Source of the DNA: Mobula hypostoma
Lineage: Eukaryota
Reading direction: 5' to 3'
DNA length: 64,000 nucleotides
Assembly (NCBI RefSeq): GCF_963921235.1
Contig: NC_086097.1
Coordinates: 132,868,001-132,932,000, forward strand
Shown here: one piece after another, positions 37,990 through 49,674 of the stretch
Numbering within the stretch: the stretch's first letter is position 1
How the letters are laid out: each line of letters begins with the position of its first letter
Position numbers and translations under genes: made by a program
Notes under the pieces: generated by a model
Told to the model about the DNA's origin: nothing
The model's input: only the letters and a program-made list of their open reading frames with translations
Databases searched by the model: none

Positions 37990-39894
37990 CCTGTATATAT
38001 TTCTTATTGCAATTTATAGCTTTTATTATTGAGTGTTGCAATGTGCTACTGCCACATAACAACAAATTTTTCAATATATGCCAGTGATATTAAACCTGAT
38101 TCTGGCGATAGACATTACTTACAGAAACTAAACACATCTCTAAAGGAGAAGGGGTAAGAATACATCTCTTGGATGAAAACATAATGTCTTAAAAGCTGAG
38201 CAACCTCAGTGACATCCCCTCACAAATCACTGGAACCAATTCAGTGACGTTGTCCTCAAGAGTGATAGAAATTTATAAAACAATGATTGGTGTGGATAGG
38301 GTAGACAGCCAGAACTTCCCCCAGGGTAGAAATGTCAATTACTTGAAGATATGCCTCAGTGGATGAGATTGCAAAGTTGAAGCAAGATGCACGTACCATG
38401 ATTTTTAAACAGTCTTAAACAGTCTGTGAAGGGTGGTGATGGAAGTAGATATGATAGTGCCATTTAAGAGGCTTTTAGATATACACACAAATATGCAGGC
38501 AAAGAATGGATATGGATCATGTACAGACAGAAGAGATTTAGCCGGTTAGGTTGCGTTTCCTTCAGCAAAGTGGGCTGTAGGGCTTGTTCCTGTGCTGTAT
38601 TTTTCTACTTATGTTGTGATTTCTATTTTATTTTCACTGTTTGGCAAATTCAGAGGTACAGTCTAAACATTACAAACAGAAGTGAAGTGGAAAACTCTTC
38701 TACAGACAAAAGGGAAGGAACATTTTCAACTATCCTATATAAAAAAAAATGATGCTGGGTCCAATGTTCATTTTAAATCTGCATTGTATCAGTCAGATTG
38801 TGTTATCCAGATGTGTTTGGATTGAGAAAGTTTTGGCAATGTACAGAATTAGGTCATAAGTCAGCTGTGATCTCACTGAGTGACTAAACAATCTACAGTG
38901 GATGATTGTCTTGCTCCGTAACCAAATGTATGAATTATTATACTGAGGATTTCTTCAATAACTCTATTCTGGTAAGGGATCATAACTGAAGTGATAATCT
39001 GCCTGTCCTTGTTATAAATGCTGCCAGACCTACATTATTTCCAGTCTATACTGCTTTTTTGTTGTATATGGGTTATTTTGAAAAAATGTTTATTTGTAAG
39101 ATGTGAACAAAGTTAATTCCTCATCCTAAGAGCTCAGTGGTGACCTTGTCTTTGAATCACTCTAATCTTTATGATGTTGGCATTCCCCAGTTCGGACGTA
39201 TTCCAGGATATGGATGCAATTCCATTAAGGGCTCCACAGCATTTATCCACATCAAAATGCCATGTGGTTTGAAGAGGAAGTGGGTGATGATAGTATTCCC
39301 AAAACATTACTACTCTTAGCCTTCAGGGTGAGACATATCTTTTGAAAACTATTCTTATAACCTCTGTTGTTACTACCAGTTACTGCTGAACTCCTAAGGT
39401 CCCTTTGGAGGGTTATGGTGATCTGCCTAAAACCACTCTGCTCCATATGGTAAAGACACTTCTACAGTGTGCTTAGTTGGGTAGCTCCAGGGATTAGACC
39501 TAAGCAGCAATAAATCAATGGTGGCATAGAAGCAAATCAGGAGAATGTGTGATGTGGAGGGAATGGTGCTGTCCTTATTGAAAGAGATACGTGTTTTGCA
39601 ATGTTTAAAAAAGGGTTAAAAGAGAAATAAAGCTGTTAATGCAACCCTTGGATGAATTCCTATATGTACACAATCCTTCATTAACTATTTACTTACAGGA
39701 TGAGGGCTCAGCACTCAGCATTTATTATCCATCCCCAATTACTCATGGAAATAAATGTTTTGCCAGGTTATTTATATGATTAGTTAAGAGCCATGCTGCT
39801 GGATCACACCTAGGCCAGATAGTGGTGTATTGCCTGCTTCAACTGAGTTTGTGAATCAGGATCTGGAATTTCATGACTATTATCACTAACAGCA

Positions 39895-40680
39895 CATTCA
39901 AGATTCAAGATTCAAAGTATGTATGCAGTACGCCACCCTGAAATTCATCTTCCCAAAAACAGCCACGAAACAAAGAAAAGCTATGAAACTCATTCAAAGA
40001 AAATCATGAAACCCCCAACGCACAAAAAAAAGAACAAACTGCCCAAACGGCAAAAAACAAGCGAAAACACAGAATATAAAACATCAAACCACAAGGTTAT
40101 CAAAACAGTCTAGGAATGTTCAGTTTAGTGCAGTTCAGTTGTGTCACTACCCTCGGCGAGGCTGCTGGTTCATGCCACTTTGCTCAGACCGGACACTGGG
40201 TTCGAGTCACTGCGTCAGAGAGGCCAGTGGTTCATGTCACTTCCCTCGGAGAGGCTACTGGCTCATGCTGCTGCCCTTGTGTTGCTGGGTCCCAATGATG
40301 TTATCAAACTTTTGTGATTTATGGATTGGACTGTAGTTCATATTGTCCTCTTTCAGTTCTATTTCTTTTCTCATGTGCTCATTCATTCTTTCTTTTTGCT
40401 GATTGGTGGGCTGGAGGTTTGGCGTTTGATGGTCTAGCTGTTTTTTCTCCATGTAGGTGATCTGTTAGTTTTTGTGTGAGGAAAGGGTTTGGGGTTTTGG
40501 AGTTTTTTGTCACATTTCTTTTCATGCCCTGGGAGTGATTACAACTAAAGTGTGAGGGGGGGATTGGTGTCTTCCTTTCAACTACTTCTATGGTTTTCTG
40601 TATTTTATGGCTATCTGGAGAAGAAATTCTCAGAGTTGTATTCTGCATACATACTTTGATAATAAAATGAACCTTTGAAC
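39895..40680. repeat. Two oppositely oriented retroelement 3' ends around a ~31-bp minisatellite (40142-40265)
   Basis: Left arm starts with (ttcaaga)n and gtatgcagta..accctgaaattc; right arm ends aaattctcagagttgtattctgcatacatac..tttgaac; four ~31-bp units share ggttcatgtcact. Confidence 0.5.
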
Positions 40681-40739
40681 ATTTTCAGTTTAACTTAGCA
40701 TTGTGTCGTTCATTGACCGCAGGCTTCAGAGCCAGTTTG

Positions 40740-41335
40740 ATCCAGTCAAAATTGCATAAAATAACAATAAACAAAGAAGCAAGCAGAAAGCAGAAACACA
40801 TCATAACATGAACAACAGAGATCCATCCACAAACTGCGTTGATTAAATCTCACCCAAGATCTGAGACTCGGCACCATCCTCTGGCAGCATAGAACAAGAG
40901 GAAAAGAGAGACCGATCGAACGCTGGCACCTTCCTCCTGCAGCAGTGTGCAAAAGAGAGAGAGAGACCGGTCAAATACAGACAGTTGTCGCTGAACACCC
41001 GCACATCTTCTGCCCTTGTCCTCATTGGATTCAATCTTCCTCATTGCTTAATTAGTGAGATCAGCAAGAAGTGGACTCGTGCCCCAACTCCAGGCTTCCT
41101 GGAGACTCAGGCCACGCACTTCGCTCAAAATCTCAGCGAGCTCCCTCAGAGACAGCAGAGCACCAGATCACTCAACCAGCCTGAAAACATACCAGCAAAA
41201 TGTAAATCACCTGCTCCAATAGTAGCAGAATCATATTTGAAAGAAGAAGAAGTGCATGAAGTGAAAGAAGTTGTCTTGTGAGGTTTCTGAAGGATGTCGC
41301 CTTTGGTCACATTGTTCACTGGTGCCATCTTTTTT
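40740..41335 (-). mobile_element. Non-coding element with AAGATGGC-type 5' end
   Basis: Reverse complement starts aaaaagatggcaccagtg; CpG-rich body; T-rich 3' region. Architecture resembles 15747-16399 but the sequence differs. Confidence 0.5.
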
Positions 41336-41559
41336 TTTGTAATTTATTTTTTATTGAATTTCATCATCAAAGAAACATTTCCATAAGATGTATTTCAGAT
41401 ACTGTACATATATATCATATAATCATATTTGTCACAAATCTCCACATAATATTTATCCCTGGCTGTTGCATGTTACCCTATATAGACTCATTCAATGAGT
41501 TCACAGCTGACCTATGACAAATTTTGCGCACCACTTTTCCTGAGGAGACATTGGATTAC

Positions 41560-42700
41560 ACAGAATTAGAAAGATGGCAAGATCCAATTAAAAAGAAGTT
41601 AGGTTTAATCAGAGCAGCCATTGTGTGAGTGGGCAAGTGTTAGAGTGGAGAGTTGAGGCATTGTCTCTCAAGGTTTTGGCAAGGAGAGGCATAGATCGTA
41701 GACAGATTTTTTTTCATTATTTATTCTTTCTTTCCTTCTTATTGCACATTTAGAGCAGTGGAGATGCCAGAGAGGATAGTCGAATGCTACTCTTGTGGAA
41801 TATGGGAAGGCAGGGAGATCTCCAGTGCCTCTGATGACTACACCAGAGAAAGTGCATCCAGCTGCAGCTTTTAAACAGACCATGCTGTGCAGTTGGACTG
41901 GAACTGGTTGAACTCCGGATCATCTGGGACGCTAAAGATTTGATTGATAGGACATTCAGGGAGGTAGTTACACTCAAGGTGCAGGACAAATGTAGCTGGG
42001 TGACTGCCAGGAGGGGAAAGGGATTAGGCAGTCATTGCAGAGCACCCCTGTGGCTGTGCCTTTTAAGAACAGGTACACTGTTTTGGATACCGTTGGAAGA
42101 GATGACCTAGCAGAGGAAAGCCACAGCAGTCAGGTCTCTGGCACTGCGTCTGGCTCTGTGGTTCAGAAGGGAAGTGGGGGGGGGGGGGAAGAGGCAAGCT
42201 GTAGTGATAGGGAATTCATTGGTTAGGGGAACAAGAAGGAGGTTCTGTGGATGAGAACAAGATTCCGAGATGGTATGTTGGCATCCTGGTTCAGGGAGAT
42301 CTCAGATCAAGTCCACAGCATCCTTAAGTGGGAGGGTTAAGATATTGTAGTGCATGTCAGTGCCAATGGCATGGGTAGGAGAGGTGATGAGGTCCTGCAA
42401 AGTGAATTCTGAGAGTTAGGTTTGAAGTTAAAGGGCAGGATCTCCAGGGTGTGATCTCATGATTGCTACTCATGCCATGTGCTAGTGAGGCCAGAAAAGG
42501 AAGATCCTACAGCCTAATACATGGCTAAGGAGATAGTGCAAGAGGAAATGCTTCAGATTTTTGGATCGGGGGCTCTCTTCCAGGGAAGGTGGAACCTGTC
42601 CAGAAGGGATGGTTTGCATCTGAACTTGAGAGGGATGAATATCCTAGTGGGGAAGTTTGCTGGTACTGTATGGGGTGGGGTGGGGGCAGATACTAAATTC
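41560..42700 (+). mobile_element. CR1 5' portion (5' UTR + esterase ORF1), decayed
   Basis: QSTPVAVPFKNRYTVLDTVG and RDGLHLNLRGMNILVGKFA; aligns with 32930-34010. Confidence 0.85.
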
Positions 42701-42999
42701 TAAATTCTGTAACTTGCCAAATCTTTCACAATCCAAACATTTCAGCTTAACAAGATTTGATTGATGCAATGCAGATTTAAAATTAACATTTGACCCAGCA
42801 TCAATTGTTTGTGTGTAAGATAATTAAAATGTACCCTACCCTCTGTCTGCAGAAGTGTTTCCTGACTTCAATTCTGTCTGTAATTTTTAGACTGTGCCTC
42901 TGAATTTCCAACCAGTAATCTACCAGAGCAATTATCTAAGCTTCCAGTAATAGTCCAGTCACTTAACCATTATGCCCTAAGTGACCTGAGGATGGAGGT

Positions 43000-43155
43000 A
43001 CAAGAGATTGCAGAGCAAAAAACAAAACACTGGTCGATCTCAGCAGGCCAGGCAGCATCTGTGGAGAGAAATCCACAGTCAATGTTTCACGGTGAGCCCA
43101 TTCATCCAGATGTTACCTGACCTACTGATTTCCTCTAGCAGCTTGTTTCTGCTAG
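43000..43155. mobile_element. Old fold-back PLE-end element
   Basis: Arm ctcagcaggccaggcagcatctg..cagtcaatgtttc..ccattcatc, followed by the inverted arm cagatgttacctgacctactgatttcctctagca. Confidence 0.7.
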
Positions 43156-43269
43156 GGATGGAGTTTGTAGGTAAAGTCCATTAGACAGATAAACCATTGA
43201 TAATGATGATAACGAGACTCGTGTTGTTTCAACCCTGACCTAAACCAGGGAAGCTACTGATTATTAATC

Positions 43270-43485
43270 AAAGTGCAAGAGAAACACAGCAGGTCAGGCT
43301 GCATCAATGAAAATAAATGGACATTCGATGTTTTTGTTGAGATTCATGAACTTCCAGCTAAAGGGTCTCAACCTAAAATATCGACTGTCCATTTCCCTCC
43401 ATGGTTGCCTCCTGATGCTTTGAGTTCCTCCTGTGTCTTGTGTATTATTCCAGACTCCTGCATCTGCAGTCTCTTATGTCTCCAG
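43270..43485. mobile_element. Old fold-back PLE-end element
   Basis: cagcaggtcaggctgcatc..tggacattcgatgtttt, then the inverted arm aagggtctcaacctaaaatatcgactgtcca..gagttcctcc..gcatctgcagtc. Confidence 0.7.
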
Positions 43486-44744
43486 TCCAGAGATCATCCT
43501 AGGGAGATAAGTTATTTGAGCAATTTGTAGAGCACTGGAACCTTTACCAAAGACATTCTGTTATCCCTGACATTACTTTTACCACTCTGAATCCCATAAC
43601 ATAACATTGAGTGCCTATCAGCCACCCAGTAATATTGTTTGCCATATTTATATAGGGTGTGGTAAATGAAGAGTTTGTTGTCGGTAATCCATGCTAAATT
43701 CATCTCCTGAACACACTAGGTTTGCTTAGTCCCCGAGATCACAATTGCACGTTTCAAGTGCAGTGTGCACTGCCCTGAATAAACTGCTCTGCTTTGAATG
43801 GTGTTGACGTCTCTTGCTAGCTCAACTTAATGCTGCCATCAGGCAGGAGATAGCGGAGTCTCAAGGTTCAACAGCAGCTTCTTCCGCACTGCAGTCAGGT
43901 TCTTCAACCAACCTGAAGAGCCCTCATTCTACGTCAGACCACATTTCCCATGCCGTTATCTTTATTCTGGCACATTTTGCATTTCAGGTTATGTATAATC
44001 TACATTAATTTGTTTCTGTAATTTGTGTTTGCTATCTCTGTAACGTTCTCTGTTGCTGCCACAAAAGTTAATTTTAATGTCATTTATAACCTGGGTATGT
44101 GTGCATATGACAATAAAATTGAATGTGCGTATTTAGCAACAACATTTGGACATGTTAGCCTGCATCAAAGTCTTCCCTCAGACAGCTAGTGTACCAATAG
44201 TTTCCACCTGCTTGTTTCTAAATAATGAGAGCTTGAGAACTACGAATCGTGGTCTCTATCACTGTGATTTCAGATCATCTGTGACTGTATTAAAGCCTTT
44301 GAGGAAGGCTGTGTCACGTGTGTACCAAATTATCATCCAAACTACATTTCTGTTCATCAAAGACATTGTGATATCAACAACATTTAAGCAAATAATCTCC
44401 TTATTGTACAAGATGTCAAATTCTCTCCATAATACAAATTTAAAACACTATTTGTGCATGCCATCCTGAAACTTGCCAATTTGAAGACTAGGTTGTGGAT
44501 TGAAGCTGACAGTTAAGTTATTAGATATTTATTTGAAGCAGCAGAGTAAATCTTGCAAATTATGAAACAGTGAACACTCAAAATAAGGAATTGTCAGCTA
44601 TAAAGACTAAGAATAAATCAGAAGGTTCAAAACTGTATTTGACAGGCTTGTTAATCATGGGGATGGAGAGAACTGCCAAGCAAATGGAGTCAGGAAACAG
44701 AGCAGAAAATATCTAATTAAATAAGGAATCTGATCAATGGGCCA

Positions 44745-44837
44745 TACATACAAAATGCCTGAGGAACTCAGCAGATCAGGCAGCATCAATGGAGAGGAAT
44801 AAAGAGTTGACGTTTAGGGTCTCGACCTGAAATGTCC
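44745..44837. mobile_element. Fold-back PLE-end element, left part (right part at about 46264-46350, separated by CR1 insertions)
   Basis: caaaatgcctgaggaactcagcagatcaggcagcatc..gttgacgttt|agggtctcgacctgaaatgtc; the remainder ctccaaagatgg..cagttcctccagtattttgtgtgtg lies at 46264. Confidence 0.65.
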
Positions 44838-46110
44838 ATAAGTCCATAAGATATAGGAGCAGAATTAGGCCATTTGGCCCATTGAGTTCACTCTTCAATT
44901 TCATCATGACTGGTCCAATTTTCCACTCAGTCCCAGTCTCTTGTCTTCTTCCTGTATCCCTTCATGCTGTGACCAATCAAGAATCTATCAACGCAAACAC
45001 GAGGAATTCTGCAGATGCTGGAAATTCAAGCAACACACATCAAAGTTGCTGGTGAACGCAGCAGGCCAGGCAGCATCTCTAGGAAGAGGTACAGTCAACG
45101 CTTCGGGCCGAGACCCTTCTTCAGGACTGACGAAGGGTCTCGGCCCAAAATGTCAACTGTACGTCTTCCTAGAGATGCTGCCTGGCCTGCTGCGTTCACC
45201 AGCAACTTTGAAGAATCTATCAACCTCTGCTTTAAGTATACATGGACTTGGCCTCCACAATTGCCTGTGGCAAAGAAATCCACAGATTCACCACACTCTG
45301 ACGAAAGAAATTCCTTGTCAACTCCATCTTAAAAGGACGCCTCTTTATTCTGAGGCTGTGTCCACTGGTCTATGTAAAAAAAACGCAGAGCCCTGTGGAA
45401 CATCACTAGTCACTGGCAGCCAGAAAAGGCTTCCTTTATTCCTGCACTTTGCTTCTTGCTATTCAGCTACTGCTTTATCCATGCTGGAATCTTTCCTGTA
45501 ATACCATGAGCTCGTAGCTTGTTAAGCAGCCTCATGTGTGACACCTTATCAAAGGCCTACTGAAAATCCAACCAATTCAACATTAACCAATTCACTTTTG
45601 TCTATCCTGCTTGTTATTTCTTCAAATAATTCCAACAGATTTGTCAGGCAAGATTTTCCCTTGAGGAAACCACATTGACTATGGCCTATTTCATCATGTG
45701 CTTCCAAGTACTCTGGAACCTCATGTTTAATAAATAACTCCAACATCTCCCCAACCATTGAGGTCAGACTAAGAAGCCTACAGTTTCCTTCCTTCTGCCT
45801 GTCTCCCTTCTTGAAGAGTAGAAGGACATTTGCAATTTTCTATTCTTCCAGAACCATTCTAAAATCTAGTGATTCTTGCAAGTTCATTACTAGTGCCTTC
45901 ACGCACCTCTTTCAGAATCCTGGGGTATACACCATCCGGTCCAGGTGACTTATCTACCTTCAGACCTTTCAGATTCCCAAGAACCTTCTCTCTACTTATG
46001 GCAACTTCAGGCATTTCATACCCCTTGACACCACATCATACTGTTAGTGTCTTCCACAGTGAAGACTGATGCAAAATACTTATTCAGTTCTTCCGCCATT
46101 TCATTTCCAA
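44838..46110 (-). mobile_element. CR1 LINE RT/3' end with internal deletion
   Basis: Tail (cataag)-type at 44838; ORF 45549-45758(-) GFLKGKSCLTNLLELFEE; VDKSPGPDG. Confidence 0.88.
44993..45210. mobile_element. 218-bp fold-back PLE-derived mini-element with two head-to-head hammerhead motifs
   Basis: 84-bp inverted arms 45041-45124 and 45127-45210 (7 mismatches); perfect 14-bp TSD AAGAATCTATCAAC at 44979-44992 and 45211-45224; arms match the PLE 3' end at 58324-58407. Confidence 0.93.
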
Positions 46111-47201
46111 TTATAGGAAAGATGTCAACAAAATAGAGAGAATACAGAGAAGATTTACTAGAATGTTACCTGGGTTTCATCTCCTAAGTTACAGAGAAAG
46201 GTTGAACAAGTTAGGTCTTTATTCTCTGGAGCGTAGAAGGTTGAGGGGAGACTTGATAGAGGTGTCCCCTCCAAAGATGGTGTTTGACTTGTTCAGTTCC
46301 TCCAGTATTTTGTGTGTGTTGCTCCAGCATTATCCGCTTCTGTGTCTGCAGTAGCTTGATCTTGTGTACTACCATGCAAATTCTATTCCAGCAAGGATGA
46401 TCAAGAAATTATGATAGGACCCATGAGAACAAATGGAAATTCTGCTGCTTTCAGTTGCTTGAATTGGAAATTCTAAAAGCAATGATAGTTCCTGTACTTC
46501 TATGTTATATTGACTATCCTGTTGTACATAGTATTAAAAATTACTATAATTGCACATTGCACATTTAGACAGAGACAAAACATGAAGATTTTTACTCTTC
46601 ATGTATATGAAGGATCTAAGTAATAAAGTCAATTTCGTCATTCATTCAAGTCAATTAGCCAGATGAAAAAACATTACAGTCAAATTCGAGTGATGAGGAG
46701 ATTAGGAGTCTGTAATACCTTTAGTCTTGATACTTACAAAGAAAAATAAGATATAGAAGCAGGAGTAAGCCATTTGACCACTCATGCCTGCTCTCCCATT
46801 TAATGAAATCATGGCCACTCTGCCACATCAGTGCCATTCATGAGCTGACCACATATTCCCCAATTTCTGTTATATCCAAAATCCCTTTTTTTTCTGTCTT
46901 AAATAAATTCCAAAGATTCAGCTCCTTTTGAGTGAAGGAAAGTCTTCTCTTTTCAGTGCAGAACAGACAATCCCTTAGACTGGTGCTGGGGCCCTGAGTT
47001 CTAGATTCACCAACCTAAGCAAACATGAAATCCATATCTATCTAATTTAAGAGTTTTACAAGTTTCAATAAGACCTCTACTTATTTTGTTAACCTCCAAG
47101 AAGACCACAACCATGCTGTTCGGTTTGGAGGTTTGCATGCCTCAATGATCTGGAGAGCTATGTTGGCTGGGGTCAAGACTTTACACTTTTGCTCTTGGTA
47201 G

Positions 47202-48194
47202 TGTAATGCACTGGTTACGATTTCTACTGCTGTGCTGTGAGGTAGTTTAAATTAGCAGTTTTCTGGTAAAGCTGTGTGCCATGCTGGAAAGTGTGTTTTG
47301 GCTTCGGCTGAGATAAACATAGAAACATAGAAACATAGAAAATAGGTGCAGGAGTAGGCCATTCGGCCCTTCGAGCCTGCACCGCTACTCAGTATGATCA
47401 TGGCTGATCATCCAACTCAGAACCCAGCCTTCCCTCCATACCCCCTGACCCCTGTAGCCACAAGGGCCATATCTAACTTCCTTTTAAACATAGCTAATGA
47501 GCTAAAGACCCATGTTGTCCAACTTAGTTATGTGAGTCACCCAATCAGGATTGTGGGTTATGAGAGAAGGTTCTAGAGAGCTGCGGAGAAGAGTTTGCTA
47601 AAGGAGAGTAGTCTGATTCGTGGTATTTTGGTTGGAGATGCAGCAAAGAAAAGATCGGGAAAGGCACCCGTAGGATTCCAATTTGATGGGAAGGCGTAAC
47701 TGCAGGGAATGCTTCACAAGATGAAAGAGCCCAAGATGGGAAGCTGTACCAATGAGAATTCAGTGCCATGAGTAACGGTTATACCCAGCTTTTGGAAGAG
47801 ACGAGCTCCAATGGTCATGTGCACATTTAGACTCATTTAATTGTAATGGGTCCTTTTATTTCTTTATCTTTGTTTTCTTTCCTTTCTCTTAGTAACTATT
47901 TGATAAAGTTGAGATTAGTAAATATGCCTTCTTTATAACTTTATGCGGTGTACAATCTGTTATTTCTTGCCGACCAATATTTGGGTATGGACAGTATTTA
48001 CACAGCATTCACTCAAATCAAGGTTTCTTTCATCAGAACACCACAACTTTGCTGTTTGGTTGAACCCCAAATCATACCGACCCTAGATGTATATTGTTTA
48101 TGAAAGGTGCCCTTCTCACCACTAAGACTCGTGACTGTTAGCAGAGTTAGCCAATGAGCCAGGTCTATATATAAGCCCCAGAGAGAGGGTTACA
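47202..48194. mobile_element. Solo LTR (about 810 bp plus an internal CR1 fragment)
   Basis: Termini TGTAAT...GTTACA; 4-bp TSD GTAG (47198-47201 and 48195-48198). Confidence 0.82.
47318..47497 (-). mobile_element. Young CR1 3' tip inside the LTR
   Basis: (catagaaa)3 tail, ggccattcggcccttcgagcctgc stem-loop, imperfect TSD tgagataaa/tgagctaaa. Confidence 0.85.
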
Positions 48195-49674
48195 GTAGGG
48201 TCACCCATGCGAAACAGATCAAAGGTTAGAAGTCAGACTAAAAGTGGTCCACCAGTTCCCCCAGTTCTGGGGGTTCTGCTCAGGGCTAACAATCCTGACT
48301 AGTAAAACAAAATTGTTACAGAAATACAATGAAGAATCCTTCTCTATCTGCTACATCTGAGTACAACTGCATTACTGTGTCTCCACCCAGGACTTGCATG
48401 ACTGACATCAGTGAAACATAAGGGAAAGCGACTGACATGATTAAGGAAGCTCCGCACACCGCCAAAGTTGGAGGACCTTCATCGCAGTGCTAAGAGAATA
48501 CAAGCCTTCTCTGCTTAACAAAGGTAGAGAAACGAACAAAATATCCTTGGTTGAAAGGAGTCATCTCTCAACTAATGGCACTATGTAGGAGAATGATTAA
48601 TGGTAATGAGTAAACATAACTGTAAGTGGTTAAATCTTATTTACAAAAGAGGCAAAGAGGGACAATTAGTAGAAGTCTTAAAAACTGAAAGCAAACAATG
48701 TCAGTTTAGCAAGAAAAATTTGCTGTGAGAGTGCATAATTTGCAAAATGGTGAGTGATTGACAAAATGCAAGTTAGATCAAAATTAAATGTATGGTACTG
48801 AAAACAACTTTAAAACTCTTTTCAGGTAAATTAAGCTGTCAAATCTAGAAGAATGCCTGTCATAATTCATTGTATTTGAAGAAAAGAAAAACCAAGATTA
48901 GCTTTTATTTTTTGTAACAAACTGAAGTTGATTAACTAAATTTATTGACCTGAGATCAATCCGAACCTTGTGCAGTTTGACGTATGTGTATAAATGACTA
49001 CCAGGGTTTCCCTGTGTACTCCATTTGCTTTCCACACCCAAGTGATGTGCTGGTAGGTTGAGTGTCCATGGTAACTTATTCCTCATGTCAGTGAGTGGGA
49101 AGAGAATTGGTGGGAAGTTGATGACAAGCAGAAGTTGTTGCAGGAGAAGAAAAAGAAAAAGCCACCGTTGCTCAAACTTGCATTGAAATTATCTGTGTGG
49201 ATAATATGTTAAATGAGTTTTTCACTGTACTTTACCCAATACATGTGACAAGAATAAACCAATTCGAAAGTCAGAACCCAGAACTCAATATTGAAGGAAA
49301 AGAAAATTTTGAATTTAGACTCTAGTAAGCGGGCCTTCAGGGTTCCAGGATCTCATGGCTCTGGAGGCGAGCAGATGCGAGGTCAGTGCAATTTGTGGTA
49401 CGTTGAATTACTGGGTGAATGAGTAGTCTTTTGGGTACTGCAAGTCTGTGTCTTTATTGATGCTTTGCTGTGTCCTTAAGTTCTTGGTGGAGGGGGGGGC
49501 GCCGATGACTTTTTTGCTGGTGGGGGACGGGGGAGATCATTGCTTTGCTGCTGCTTATGCGTGGGAGGGGGGAGATGGGGGGTCTTTGGGGTTCTAACAT
49601 TTAACTGTCATTCACTCTTTGGAGTACTCCTCTGTTTATGTGGATGATTGTGAAGAAAAAGAATTTCACGATGT

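Larger units (their letters stand above)
47112..48500 (+). mobile_element. RTE-related non-autonomous element interrupted by a solo LTR
   Basis: gctcttggtag|ggtcacccatgc joins across the LTR; cagggctaacaatcctgactagtaaaacaaaattgttacagaaa resembles RTE 5' regions (family call from recall). Confidence 0.6.

Noticed and set aside
40142..40265. Repeat-spacer-like pattern resembling a CRISPR array
   Set aside because: The constant part is only about 13 bp, the 'spacers' are homologous to each other, there are no cas genes, and the context is vertebrate.
44941..45501. 186-aa ORF and mirror ORFs on both strands
   Set aside because: Produced by the palindromic mini-element sitting inside CR1 3' UTR sequence.
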